A program made the translations under genes and the position numbers. A DNA stretch of 64,000 bases from Paragordius varius (lineage: Eukaryota > Animalia > Nematomorpha). Positions 26,940 to 40,744 of this stretch are shown piece by piece (position 1 is the first letter of the stretch; every line of letters begins with the position of its first letter). The stretch covers positions 620,001 to 684,000 of the forward strand of contig OZ176057.1 of assembly GCA_964247055.1 (NCBI GenBank), read 5' to 3'. A model generated the notes under the pieces. That model did no database searches and was not told the DNA's origin. It saw only the letters and a list, made by a program, of their open reading frames with translations.

Positions 26940-27600
26940 TAGTTGTGATTTGCGCTTGCTGAATCAAACAGCTGCAAAGACGATCAAACACAAGAGTTAT
27001 TGGATGATGTCCCAACACAAACTTCATATAACAATTAAGTATTACATGTTTTAAAATGAATAAAAAGATATGGGAAAAATCAATAAATTCGATAAATTCC
27101 AAAATAATATGATTGAAAGTCAAAAGTTTCAAAGTGACTAGTGAAGTCATTCTTCACCTCACGAAAAAAAAATATTTTAGCATTGAATTGGGACAGTTTA
27201 TGTGTGCCTTACAAATCCTACCAGAACAAATAGATTATTTTTTCATGCCGGTCTACATCCTGGTCAGTTAGTCCATGTTATATGTGTGTTCGAATCAAAC
27301 TTTCAAAACCCGCTTTAACCCTAAATAAAAAGCTATTGCCAAAAAATGTTTTTCGGCCAAGAATTAATTAAAAAACACACGCAGGCCACAAAACAAGTCA
27401 ACGCGATTTTAATATAATAAAGTTCTCAACCGTAAAACTAGGGAATGATAAAATAGATTGGTTCAATAGGCCGTTGAACTCTCCGGATCATACCAACTCA
27501 TACATCTACGCATCAACACTTATTTTGAAGACGTTGAATAGAATCAGTTTTTCTTGCATATTCAATTATCTAAGAGATCAGAAAAAATAAAAAAATAATT
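26940..27600 (+). mobile_element. Mariner remnant (duplicate of 8820-9480)
   Basis: Colinear near-copy within block 2. Confidence 0.65.
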
Positions 27601-28031
27601 TAATGAATTGATTTAAATTGTATTTATTTTTACGTATATTATGTGTTGCAGATAATTTTGTGATTAAATTTGTTTTTTTCTCAATTTTTCACGGGGTGCC
27701 CAAAAGGTCGTGGCGGCGACTTCTGGACACCCCTGATATGAAGTAAAAAGCGCGATTGATCCTCATTTGATGCTTTAATTGAATTGCATATGTCTAATAT
27801 TTATTTATATTATTCGCGGGGGGCCCAAAAACTCGTGGCGGCGAGTTCTAAACCCCCCGGAATTGGACCAATGTTTTGAGTTTTTCTTTTCATATCATAT
27901 TAAGCCAATATAATGATTGAAGTTGCTTATATCTTAATAAACCGGAAGGAAAAACGATGTGTTAATATTATCAATTTGGGTTTTTTCCTCTAATTGTAAG
28001 TTTTCATGTTTAGAGTCGTTCTTTTAATACA

Positions 28032-28268
28032 TCATAAATGATAACTTCTCATGCGCGAGGAGATGTTGGCATATCTTTGGTACCATAAAAAATGATGATG
28101 TTTATATATTTTAGAAAGTTTTAACGATAATGCTAGATTGTCATTACGAAGTTTGATATAATAAATTTTTCGTAGAATGTTGAATATTTGTTTTATTAAA
28201 GAAGCGATAGATATGACTGCTAATATTTCTCTTTGATTTTGTGAAATAGAATAGATTATTTTATCCAT
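28032..28268 (-). other. Unidentified 'MDK' ORF family member
   Basis: 78-aa ORF paralogous to 9918-10154. Confidence 0.3.
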
Positions 28269-30404
28269 TTTTCAAATAAAACAAAATTATAAATAAACTA
28301 ACAATCACTTTTGATAACTAGATATATAAACGGAGCACGTCATAAATATGCATCATTTAGTATAGTGAGGAATTACAACATGACCTGTATAATCAAAAAT
28401 TCCATATAAAATAAATTTTAGGGGTAGTCTAAACCAGATTTGTGAAACTATCTCGAATTAGCAGTTAAATATTGCTGTATGAATCGCTAAAACTGTCAAT
28501 AAAAATATAGCATGATAAAAACAATAATTAACTTAATAGTTTTATTGTTACACAGCAATGTTCGATTTTTTTACAAAATCATGTATGCTTTAAAGTTTTA
28601 GTTGGCAATTTTTATACATCACTCTGAATGGTAAGAAAAAATCTTACGATTTAGATATGATAATAAGACAATCATACCCTTACAGATTAAAAAACAAATA
28701 AATTTGCGGACGGTATACTCATAAAATATAGTGGCATATTAAGTATTTAAATAAGACTGAAAAAGTTACACATTTTATAACTATCTAACGATTCTTTCTG
28801 GTTCATTGCCAAAATTTAGAAAAAAACTCCTCAGATTCGTTTAGATACTGTAAATGGCAATTTTTAGTTATCAAATTTTTTATTTGGTATTGGTGAAATA
28901 TCTTGCGGGCTGCAAAATATTTCTTATGGCTGCGTGCGGCGCGCGAGCGTCGTATTGGACACCTTGGTTTAGAATATGGTATCAGACTTTACTTTTATTT
29001 TATATTAATGCCATAACATTCTCATACCGTTAAGCTGAGGGGTATTACGGTTAAATAAACATTTCCATATTACGTTAAAAAGATCTAACATATATGCTAT
29101 TTGAAAATGATTATATCATCAATCATATGCCGGTTTAAAACGTGAAGAATGTTAAATTAAAATATCAACATATCACCCCCTTACGGTTTATTAAAATAAG
29201 GGCACAGCGAATCCTGCCTTTTTAGGTATATGATAGTACCAACACATCATCACATTACTATAAGGCATATAGGTGTTTCAAACATTTTATCCATTTAAAT
29301 GGATAATACACTCCATTTATTGTTATAATAGTTATATTTTCCTCTTTACCATTTTTTTGTATAGAAATGGATAATTTCATGCAATTTTCTTATCATTTAA
29401 TCGTTTAAACTTTTTGGAAAAACGGGAAGTAATTCGAGAATGATGAATATATTTAATATTTTATTAAAAAGCCGACGACTACCGTTTCCACCATGCCTAA
29501 AAATAGTAAAAAGTACGCTTCAACAAATTTTTGCTAAAAATGAATTTTTCTAAAAGTTTTAAAAATATTTTTTATGTCCAAATTTAGATATTTAAAAGTT
29601 TTATTGTTAGCAATTTGCGTTTATATATAACGTAGCCCGTTTTAGAAGAGCAAAAAAATTGGGACTGTCAGAATATATTTATTTCATCAAGATATTTTTT
29701 CATAAGGCTCATTCGGTACACTGAGTAATTATTCAGTATATCTGCAAATGATATTGTTTAAGAAAGAAAATTTATTATGCAAACTAATTTGGAAAAGTCT
29801 GAGATAAGTTTTAGCATCATATAAATATTGTTTTAAAAACTTTTTCATCATAAAATATGCTTAATTTAAAAATTTTATTTGATATAATCTAGTATAAATA
29901 AAACTTGATTTCGGGTGATTTCGACATTGTGTTTAGTGTGAGAAGATTACCATATCAGTTGGATACAATACTAAGCGATTATCGGAGCTTTGCTTTTAAT
30001 GTAAATTTATTTTTTGCCTTTTATATTTTTTTCAATAGTTAAATATTTCTTAAAAGTTAGGTTTTACTAAATATTTTACACAAAAAAAATTCTTAAACAC
30101 ATAATTTAAAAATAAAACATCTTTCTTTAAACAACAAATTATTTTACCCAATCTGCACTATTTTTACAATTTTTGAGGAGCTATGAAATGTGAACATATA
30201 TTACCTTATTATTTTATAAGGCAATTATTGGATTTTTGTCAGTTATATTTTAGGATATTATTTACGTTGTTTTATGGTTAAAACAATTAATATTATATTA
30301 ACATCTTTAAAAACACATTTAAAAATTTCGGTATACAAGGTAATCAAAAATCGTTTATATAATAATTAATTAATGTTTAAAGTTTTAAAAATTACCAAAG
30401 AAAA

Positions 30405-30923
30405 CACTTCGATTCAAAATGGGTATCTAACCAGACTAAATTTGAGTTAGGATTTTTAAAAAAACTACTAAAGGAAACGGTCTAAATTTAAATATATGCT
30501 TCTATCCTAAAAACTATATACAAAATATCTAAATAAAATTTTTTTTGAAAAATAAGTTCCATGTCAAACTACTGCGACGTCATTTTTATTTCGCAAAATT
30601 TTCGAAAAATATCGCCTTCATTTAATTTTAAGGGTAAAATTAAAGCTAATTTTTTAAAATTACATCTGACATTGATAGAAATAGGAAAAGCGGTTTATTT
30701 TGTATTATTTTTTGTCTTTCGGCTTTAGCCTTAAATAAGTAATATTAAGTATTTTTTAATAAATCTTTTTATATATTTCAGTTTATTAATGTTATATGAA
30801 GGCAAAATTTTGTCATGGTTTAGATTCCTTCCATATTTCTTATAGAAATTAATTATAAACAGGCCTGGATTTTTACCTACCCCAATTTGAATCGAAATTA
30901 AAATGAATGTGCTGTATCCAAGT
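30405..30923. mobile_element. piggyBac-like MITE (degenerate copy of 52551-53132)
   Basis: Colinear with 52551-53132. Subterminal IR TTCGATTCAAAATGGGTA / TACCCAATTTGAATCGAA. TTAA flanks are not preserved. Confidence 0.65.
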
Positions 30924-30960
30924 AAAAAATAATAGCAGCTGGCTGGCTATTGTGTTCAAC

Positions 30961-31786
30961 ATGAACGGACTTGTTAGGCATGGGCATATTGGTAAAGTCC
31001 CATATAGAGTTAATTATATATTTTATTTTCTAGATTATACGATCTTTTAGTGATATATATTCAACAAAAGATAGCATTGAGCCTGAATTAAACGAAGATG
31101 ATAAAAATAAAGTTTTACAAATAGAAACAATCAGCAAATCTATGCGCAATTATTTCCGAAAAGCAAATTTAATTGGTAGATAACTTTATTTTGAACCATT
31201 AAAATTTTTATTATTTTATTTTATAATTAAAAAATAATTTATTCTATTGATTTAGTTCTTTATTATTAAATATAATATTATTTAGAAAAAAGTATGAAAA
31301 TTCAACGAAATGAATTTGAGATCGGAAAACGGCATTTAGCCAACATAATGGGACTTGATGCATTAACCTTAACCCAAAAAGGCATAAATGTAAAATTACT
31401 TTTTTAAAAAAATATTTTTTTTATAAAAATTAAATATTTTTTAAATTAATAATTTTTTTTAAAATAATTTTTTTGGATTTTTACCCGAAGAATAATCAAC
31501 ATTTTATTTATCCTATTTCTATAAAATTAACTTTTATTTAAAATAAAATATTTTGGGTTATTTTTCATACATGGACTCATTTTTTCTCGCTTTATTAATT
31601 AAAATTTCATTATGGGATTTATTTATTAAAAATATTTTTATCAATCTTAAATTATTATTCATATAAGATTTTAAATAATTTTTATTTTTTAAAAAAATAT
31701 TTTTTTTAACAATTAATATTATAATATTTTACTATTATATAATATAACTTAATCTTATAATACTTGTTGATCGTTTAATTTATTCC

Positions 31787-31832
<46 letters not shown>

Positions 31833-34800
31833 TTTTCTGTTTTGCTATTTAAATTATAAAATATAATCTAAAAAAGATTCAAAAATCAAGTTCATATCCA
31901 AAATTTAAATAAGGAATGTTATGTAATATTCTTTATTATAACTTGTTTTTTATTTATATATTTTTTAATTTTATATTTTTTTTTTATTATTTTAATTATT
32001 TTTTATAGGATGCATTAGCTTATTTATTACCCTCTGGACTGTTTTCACATAAAGCACGTCCACAAATGAAAGTATTTTTTTCATATTTATATAAAATAAA
32101 AATATAATAATTTTTAAATCTATAAAATAATAAATAAAATAATATATGTATGTTATAAGGATTTTTTTGATTTTTTTAAAATTAGAGCAATACAAGATTT
32201 TTCAATAGACAAATTAGATAACATGCTGCAAAAATATATACATATGGGAATATTTTTTATTATTAAATTAATTTTTATAGCTTTACATACATATATATAT
32301 ATATATTTAAAAAAGATTATTTTTAAATTCAAAACATATTTTAAGCTTACAATTTTGATACTTTTTGAGTTTTATATATATACTATTGTTTTATATATTA
32401 TAATATTTGTTTTATAATTTTTTTAGCCACCAGATGAAATTTTTCACACAAATAAAGGTTATTTTAATTGACAATATACAAAAAATAAATATTTTTTATA
32501 TTGTTCCTTACTTTTTATTATTTTTATTAAAACGTTTTAAAAAATAATCCTTTTAAACTCAAATACTCTTATATATTTTTTATTATTTTTTATATTTACA
32601 TATTTATATATTTTTCATATTCTAATATTTTTAATTCTTAAATCATTAATTATATATATATTTTTATTTTTTTTCCAAAAAAATATATATTTAATAAATT
32701 TTTTTAAACCCTAGAATTGCGATTTGATCATATGGGAAGACCACTGGATACATTTTTTTATACGAGAAAACCGAAATATAATCGATTAATATATGTAATT
32801 ATTTTAATATTTTTAATAATTTTTATAGCATTTTTAAAACATTTTATTTAATTTTTTATTTTAATAAAAATTTAATATATTATAAAGAAAAGAATAATGT
32901 TTTTTAATTAATTAGAGTTGTAGATTAATTATTAAGTTAATTTTGAAAATGAATGTTCTTTTTTTTAAAAAATTTATTAAGGTTTAATTTTTTTAGAAAA
33001 ATATATATCAATTAAACATTAACACACCAACCATTTTTTCTGTATATAATTCACTCTTTTTATTATACATTTTATTTGTTAAATATAATTATTAAATAAA
33101 ATTATATAAATATACCATTTACAATTCAAATTCACCCTTAAACAATTCAAATTCACCCTAAAAATATTATGAAATTTCGGTCCAATATAACCTCATCATT
33201 AAAATTAATTATATTTTTATGGCAAAGTTTATTATTTTTTCAGTATTTTTTTGATTACATACAAAATTTCTTTTTTTAAACATTTTCTAAAATATAGGTA
33301 ATATTTAATCTTAAAAAACACATAATTTATTTGAAGGTCTATTTGAAGGTTGATTTTGAATTGTTCAAGGGTAATTTCGAATTGTTTAAGGGTAAATTTA
33401 AACTGTAAATGGATATATATATATATATAGTATGCGTTTTAATAATTACTTTCACACTATAGTTGTGCAATAATTGGCAATACAACAGTAGTGTATGGAA
33501 AAAACGAAAGGGAATAACTGTTTATTCCGCATTTTCTTGTTTTTTCCATACACTACTGTTGCGTGATGCAAATTGCCCATAAAATACAGTAAAAATTGAT
33601 ATTATATACGAAAGGACAAAACGTAAAAATATAAAGACAAATATTTTTATTCAAAAGACTACCATCAACCATACTTTTTAAAACCTTTATGTATCCTTTA
33701 TTAAGCTATTTAATTATTATTGTATTGTAATATATTAAATTGATTGTGTTAATAATATATTTATATCAAACTCTACCATTTCAAACAATGATTAGTTTAA
33801 TATTAATAAAAAATAAAAGTTTTAAAAAATATTATTTGTTAAAAAATATATTCTTTGTATTTTAACGTTTTGTCCTTTAATTGCAATTTTATGGTAATCA
33901 ACCATTAAAATGCATTTATTTATATAGAATATGGTTGAACAAATGGAAAAAATTGAAAAATTACTGCAAAACAAATTGGATGAATTTGAATTGAGTAAAG
34001 GCAAAAAGACATTTATCCCTAATAAATTGTGAGTTGGTTTTTTAGAATTTTTTAGGGATTATAGAAATTATTTTGTAAAAAATATTTTTTTCGAAAATAT
34101 TAAATGGTTTATCGTTATTATTTTTAAATTAAATTATTAAAAAGGTGTGTTTTTTGTGTTATAACTATAATTTAATGTATTATCATTTTTTTTATAAAGT
34201 ATTGTTCATGGAAAATTTATTTTTAATAATATACTGTAATAATATAAGCACACAAAACATAAAATAAAAGACAATCATATTTCTTTTATAAAAATAATTC
34301 AAATAAAATCTCAAATTTAAATGATATTGTTTTGTATTACAGATTAAGGAATTGTTATAAATTGGTAACAATCTCATTTATTTTAAATATTATATATTTT
34401 TCATTTGCCTATTTTACATATTTTTTGTGGAAATGTTTTTTTTTTCATGTTTTAAAATTTTTTTTAAAATATTTTTATAGCAATATGACAGGCTATCGAA
34501 TGTTAACCATTGAGGAATTATCTAAAAAATGCAATGAAGAAAAAATTAATTATATTGAAGTAATTTATTAAATTTTCAAGTTTTAAAATAAATATTTTTT
34601 CATTTTAATTTTTTTCAAACCTTTTAATAGGTATTCGCAACTCTATTAATAAATGATAAACTAAAATATTGAATAAAATATACAGTTTTATAAATATAAA
34701 TATATATATATATAAAAGCATATTTTTTAACTTTTAATAATTATATTTTGTTTAATTTTGTTTTTTATACTCTATTTAGTATAATAATGATTTATATTAA

Positions 34801-37800
34801 TATTACATTTTAAAATTTATAGTTTTTTACTATTTGTCTTAAATTATTGACTTTTTAGGATCTCTTCAATATAATCATTTCCAATCTATTTTCAAAATAA
34901 GTTATAGAACTTAGTAATTTAAATATAATTTTATTAAAAAAGCATTTTAATGATTGCTTACACACTGGAAATTCGCAACAGTAATGTATGGAAAAAACAA
35001 CAAAATATTAAATAAAACCAACAGTGTACAAGTTAAAAAAGAAAATAATTTTGTTTTTTCCTATACACAACTGTGTTGCAAATCGCTCAAAACTATAACT
35101 GTGAAATAGGCTACCATTAAAATGCATACTGTGAAGAATTTAAAAAACATTTTTTTAACAATTAATTAAATTTTTATTTTTTTATTATGAATTTGTCTTT
35201 TCTGTTCTTTAGTATAAACATTTCCAATCTGTATTGGAACGTATATTATCCAATGACATTTCCAATGAAATTTGCGAATTTTTGCAAGAGTTTATCGTTA
35301 AAATGGATATGACCAACATTGTTTTAGATATCCCACCGGTAAATTTTTTTATATATGGTTAAAAAATTGAATCGTAATATATATATTTATATATATATAT
35401 ATATGGACAATAGAAATTATGATAATATTAGTTATTTTAATTAAAAATATAGTTTGTTTTGTACAATTTTTAAAAATAAATTTATGGGGTTTTTATTTTA
35501 AGGCAGTGATATTAACATTGAATGCAAAGATTTGGCGGTTTGCAATCGTATATATTCTATATACAGTTCAAATGCATGAAATAAACTTTATCTTTTTGAA
35601 AATATAAAAATACCTATATTGTTTGTTTTATTTTTAAAAAATAAAATTTTGTTTAAAATTAACTTTATGCTGCAAAAATATAGACTATGCTATATAGAAA
35701 TAAATAATTCACCATGTTAATGATGAGTTATAATAGCCTAAGTAAAATAACTCTTTAGGGTGAAAATTAAAATTGTTTACGAAATTGTATATTATATGGG
35801 AATCAAAAAATAATATATTAGATTCACAAAAGAGTAAAAATTAATTATTATTTTCACAAATTTTGCTAGTTCTTTGTTAAAATTAGCAATATTCAGAAAA
35901 TTTGTTTAAGAAAAAGGAATTTTGTCGAAACATCGTATTATTTTATATTTAAAATTTCTCGCATGCTGCATTAATATCTCGAAGGGCCTTTTGCGGGTAG
36001 CATATTGGACATCGCGTATTTAAAACGATAATTGAATAAAGATTTGACCAATATGTGTTTGAAATTTGTTTTATGCCAAAAATTTATTTTTTTTCGTTAA
36101 ATGGGTGGTATAAATATTTGGTAAAGAATGGAAAAAACAAGAGCTCTATGGTATTAACAATAAATCATATTCATCAAAAAAGTATAAGAATTACCGTAAA
36201 GCTCTTGTTTTTTCCATTCTTTACTATACATACCCATTTACGAAAAAAATAAATTTTGATAAAATAAAGGATACAATTGAAATTTCAAAATACAGTAAAA
36301 ATTGAAATTATACGAAAATCAACCATACTTTTTCAAATATTATAAGCTATTTAGTTACGACAATTGTTAAATATATATATTGATGGTGTTAGTAATATAT
36401 ATCTCAAAAACTTTACCATGAGTTAAAATCAAGATTTAAAAATTATCATTAAAAAAAATTTGTCCGTTTATTTATACGTTTTGTCCTTTCGTATAATTTC
36501 GATTTTTACTGTATATTTTATTTATATAATTTGCATTAACTTTTAAATATATTTATCCTATGATATTTGAAAAAAAATGAACACAATAGATTTTAAAAGA
36601 TGAAAAAACTGGGCTGTTATACACGCAAGCGTATGGAAAACGTAAAACTGGATGGTCTTTTGCTAAACTCTATCAATTAGATTCTGTCAATTCGCCCGAA
36701 AAATTAAACCTATATATGACAAAACCCCAAGTAAAATTTTAATTTTATTATATTTCATTTGCAATTTAAGAGTGACCTTGAATATTTTAAGTTGGTCCTT
36801 GAACATTTTATCACCCTTAAACAATTCAAATTCACCCTTAAAATGTATGTTTTTTAAAATTACCAATATTTTTATATATTTTTATTAATAAAATAACACT
36901 GAAAAAATAAAAAATTCTTCCCTATAAATATTTCATATTAATAATGAGATATTAGTTTGAAAACACAAAATTTATTAGGGTATTAAATTGTTCGAGGGTG
37001 AATTTGAATTGTTTAAAGGTGAATTTGAATAGTAAATGGTATATATATTTCATTTTCATGAGGGACCTTAAACACTTCAAGCTGGTTCTTGAACATTTCA
37101 AGTGGTCCTTGAATTTTTTGGTTTTTTCAACATTTATATATTAAATCTTGCTTCATCTATTTTATCATTTTTCATAAACCGTATATCTTTTTTTGGTTAA
37201 TTAAAAAATTTTAACTTTTACTAATTAATTCTTGTAGCATTCATCTATTTATCCATTTTTTTAAACCTATTCCCCTTATTTAATATGAACAGTTAAATCA
37301 CCCATTAACTTTTGATCATTTATAAATCTTATATCTTTTTTATCTTAAAAAATATTTTTAAATATCTATAAGATTTTAACATGTAATTAAAAAATATTTT
37401 AGTCTCTTGGAATTAATATTTCCAATTTGTCATTATAAGTTAATATTTATTTTGTTTAATTGGAAAAAAATAGTTTGAAACGATAAAAGTGTTTTGAATT
37501 AAAAATATATAAAACCTAAGAAGTTGTTTTTTTATATATGCTAAAAAGCTCTATTATTTGGTTTCTGTTTGTTTGAAATTCATGTTATAACGTATCGATT
37601 TAATTTGCAAAATAACATATTGCAATAAAATTTTATGATTAAAATTATGAAATATGTAGTTGACCTTACAAATCCCAATAATTAGAGAATATCTTTATAA
37701 TATCAATGTTAACAAATGGTTTTACATAACATGAATAATATTAGTCGATGATTTTACTTTAATAATTTAATATGTAAAAATATTTTTTTATTAATATTTT

Positions 37801-38684
37801 TACCGAATTGAAATTATATGTTGAAATATATCATTTTAGGTGACCATTAACATTAACCGTGATTTATCCTATTTTCCAAATTTGTCCCAAAGGTATGTGT
37901 AGTTTTTTTTTATCTTTTTTATTTTTAAAAAATTTAATTTAACTATCCATTTATAGAGAGTATATTAGTTTTAATAAAACTTTGTTCATGATACTCTAAT
38001 TTAAAACTCAAAGTAAGGAGCATTAATTTAAATCCTAAAATTTATTTTTTCACATTTTTTTGAATTTTATTAGTTTAGGTATATTATCAAGTTAAAATTC
38101 TTTTAAATCAAAAGTCTATACAGCCATTTTTTCTTATTGTTTAATTTGAAATCTCTAAACAGACCTCACATATAAATTTAGTTGTTCAGTAGACTGAGCA
38201 TTAGATTAATATCGCTCAATACAACACCTATTTTTTTATCGAAAATTTTAAAGGTCTTTATATAAATCTTTCGTATATTTTTTCAGATATCCAACAATTA
38301 TGCTATTTTTGGGGTCATAATAAACCCCTGATATACCATTTACAATTCATCACCCTTGAACAATTCTAATTTACACTAAAAATAAATTATGAAATTCTGT
38401 TTAAACTCACCATTAAAATTTAATATATTTTTATGTCAAAGTTCATTATTTTAATTACATATAAAACTTTTTTTTAAAAAAATATAAAAAAGTATAGGTA
38501 AATTTTAATCTAAAACACAATTTATTTTAGGGTGAATTTGTATTGTTCAAAGGTGAATTTGAATTGTTCAAGGGTGATTTCAAATGTTTAAGAATAAATT
38601 ATGTAAATGTTTATAAATGATCCAATAAAATTATTGTTGCAAATGTTATCCTATTTTTGGAGATAATTTCCCCAAATTTAAAGT

Positions 38685-38748
<64 letters not shown>

Positions 38749-40332
38749 TTTATTTTTCCCTTGATGTTGATTGCGCCTTTTTAGGTCTCAAATCATATTA
38801 CCGCTAACTTTTTGGGGTTCTGAACAACCGGATATTTTGTGTCGATATGCCATTGATCTTAGAGTTCAAAACCGCGGACCTATATGGCAAATGAATCCAG
38901 GACTAACTACTCAAGCGGGTGCGGCCAGATTAGCGGTTGCACGAGCCTTGAGCGGGTTTTTAAGTCCGGTCCAAATAGAAAAAATGAGATTAGGTAAAAT
39001 ATTTTAAAGAATATTTGTTTTTAAATACCAAAATAGAGAAAAACTACTTAAAGTTTTTGTTTTTCACGCTTAATAAAAGGTTTTCTGGGTTTAGAATGAT
39101 AAAGGTAAGGATATATTTACTTAATATGCGTTACAGGCAATTTTATGGAACTTTTATGTGATTCTTACGTTTTTTAAGTATCCGTTTCAAATCGAAAAAA
39201 TGAGATTGGGTAGGTAGAATATTTAGGAGAGAACACTTTTATGTGTTTTACATAATACGTAGAATGAATTTGGAGAAAAAGTTATTTTAAAGTTTTTGAA
39301 CAATAAAATATATATTTACCCATACGGGTATCCCAAATATAATTGTTAAGCTCGCGCTAAATTGAAAAAAATGAGATTAGGTATTTAACAGAACATTATT
39401 TTTAAGTGCTCTTGAACCAAAATAGAGTAAAACTACTTAAAGTTGTTGTTTTTGACGTTTAATAAAAGGTTTTGTGGGTTAAAAATGATAAAAGATAAGG
39501 GTTATACTTAATGCGTTTTACAGACAAAGAACACTTATAACTTTGAAAGGTACACTTGAAACAGAGATAAAGGGAAAACTGTTTATATAACATAAAAAAT
39601 TATTTCTATATTATGTGATAACGGATTTCGAGTTTTATCTGTTCTAAAGTAATTTTGTAAATTAATTTTCAATATCTATAATTCTTTTAACAACTCCGCC
39701 TTCGCTTTTTGTTTTAATTTTTTTTGAAACATATAACAAAAATTAAAATTTTAAAAATAATCACAAAAATTATATATATTTAAAGAAACAATATTTTTGT
39801 TGTTATATATTTTAATCATTAATTACAAATGAAAAATAAATTGAGTGCATATTACTAATTAGCATTTCTATTCTTCAAATACTAAAATTCGAAAAAATTT
39901 CTTTTATTTAAGAAAAATATGACATAGTCTTTTGGGTTTTTTACTCTATATTTGAAGATATTTTAATTTTTACTATAATTATATTTTTATAATTCATATA
40001 TATTAAAGCTGGTCTCCTGTCTTATGATGTCCGAACCAGAGAACGTAAGAAACCTGGGCAAAAGGGTGCACGCGCTAAATTTAAATGGTAACTTATATTT
40101 TTTGTTTTGATTATATTTTATCAACGATTAAACATTTTTCACATTAAATCTCGTTGTCAGATAGCATACATATATAGCAAAAAGCATTATTGTTGGTGAG
40201 CAATACAAAATAAATTTAAAACTAATAATATTTCTATTTGCTATGTTTCTGCTATCCGGCAAGAATTAATTATTTATATTGTATTTATAATTTTAAATTT
40301 TGATATGTTTGTTGTTTAGGCGAAAGCGTTAA
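30961..40332 (+). CDS. MRPS9: Mitochondrial ribosomal protein S9 (uS9m), 14 exons, 422 aa
   Basis: Exons 30961-31008, 31034-31175, 31286-31389, 32009-32071, 32427-32457, 32715-32794, 33928-34028, 34481-34559, 35213-35338, 36590-36730, 37840-37892, 38785-38993, 40009-40087, 40320-40332. All introns are GT-AG with compatible phases; the CDS is 1269 nt with no internal stop. Motifs EFEIGKRHLANIMG, AYLLPSGLFSHKARP, GRPLDTFFYT, YGKRKT, QAGAARLAVARAL and AGLLSYDVRTRERKKPGQKGARAKFKWRKR* match metazoan MRPS9. The exon 1 boundary is the least certain. Confidence 0.92.
31790..31829. repeat. (TA)n microsatellite in MRPS9 intron 3
   Basis: Pure TA run. Confidence 0.95.
33115..33412. mobile_element. Foldback-type MITE, second subfamily (21-bp subrepeat CCTTAAACAATTCAAATTCAC)
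   Basis: Ends CCATTTACA...TGTAAATGG in TA-rich flanks. Related copies at about 36755-37039, 38336-38590, 40449-40730 and 59455-59758, and a first-subfamily right arm at 61098-61206. Confidence 0.75.
33460..33570. repeat. Short palindromic element (related copy at about 34965-35105)
   Basis: ACAGTAGTGTATGGAAAAAAC ... GTTTTTTTCCATACACTACTGT inverted arms. Confidence 0.65.
36293..36511. mobile_element. Tc1/pogo-type MITE (TA|CAG...CTG|TA)
   Basis: TIR CAGTAAAAATTGAAATTATACGAAA / TTTCGTATAATTTCGATTTTTACTG with TA flanks. Related copies or ends at about 33587-33895, 50295-50588, 52326-52400, 56470-56512, 58640-58900 and 61940-61975. Confidence 0.8.
38688..38740. repeat. (TA)n microsatellite about 45 nt upstream of the MRPS9 exon 12 acceptor
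   Basis: Pure TA run. Confidence 0.95.
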
Positions 40333-40744
40333 ATTTGGTTTGTCGGACAAACATATGTGATGTGGAGGGATATCATCTTGCAGATTATGTTAATAAATGG
40401 AATAATTTTTATTTTTATTTCGTTGCAGAGTAGATTTAGCGTTATATACCATATACTTAAATTCACCCTTAAACAATTCAAATTATTATGTGTTTTCAAT
40501 ATAACTTTTTAATTAAATTATATAAAATATATCTTTATGACATGGTTTATTATTTTTTCAGTATTATTTTAAGCTAAAATAAAAGTTATTTGCAAATTTA
40601 TAAAAATATAGGTAATTTTTAATTTTAAAAAACATATTATTTATTTAAGAGTAGAATCTTTCAAGGGTAAATTTGAATTTTTCGAGGGTGAAATTGAATT
40701 GTTTAAGGGTGGATTCGAATTTTAAATTGTATAAATAAAAAACT

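Larger units (their letters stand above)
18770..28496. repeat. Segmental duplication block 2
   Basis: Colinear with 2750-10410. It ends at GAATCGCTAAAACTG, after which unique sequence resumes. Confidence 0.95.

Noticed and set aside
29600-29930. Possible small gene divergent from MRPS9 (MSKSPEIK...)
   Set aside because: I could not build a phase-consistent spliced ORF from the ATG, and there is no recognisable homology.
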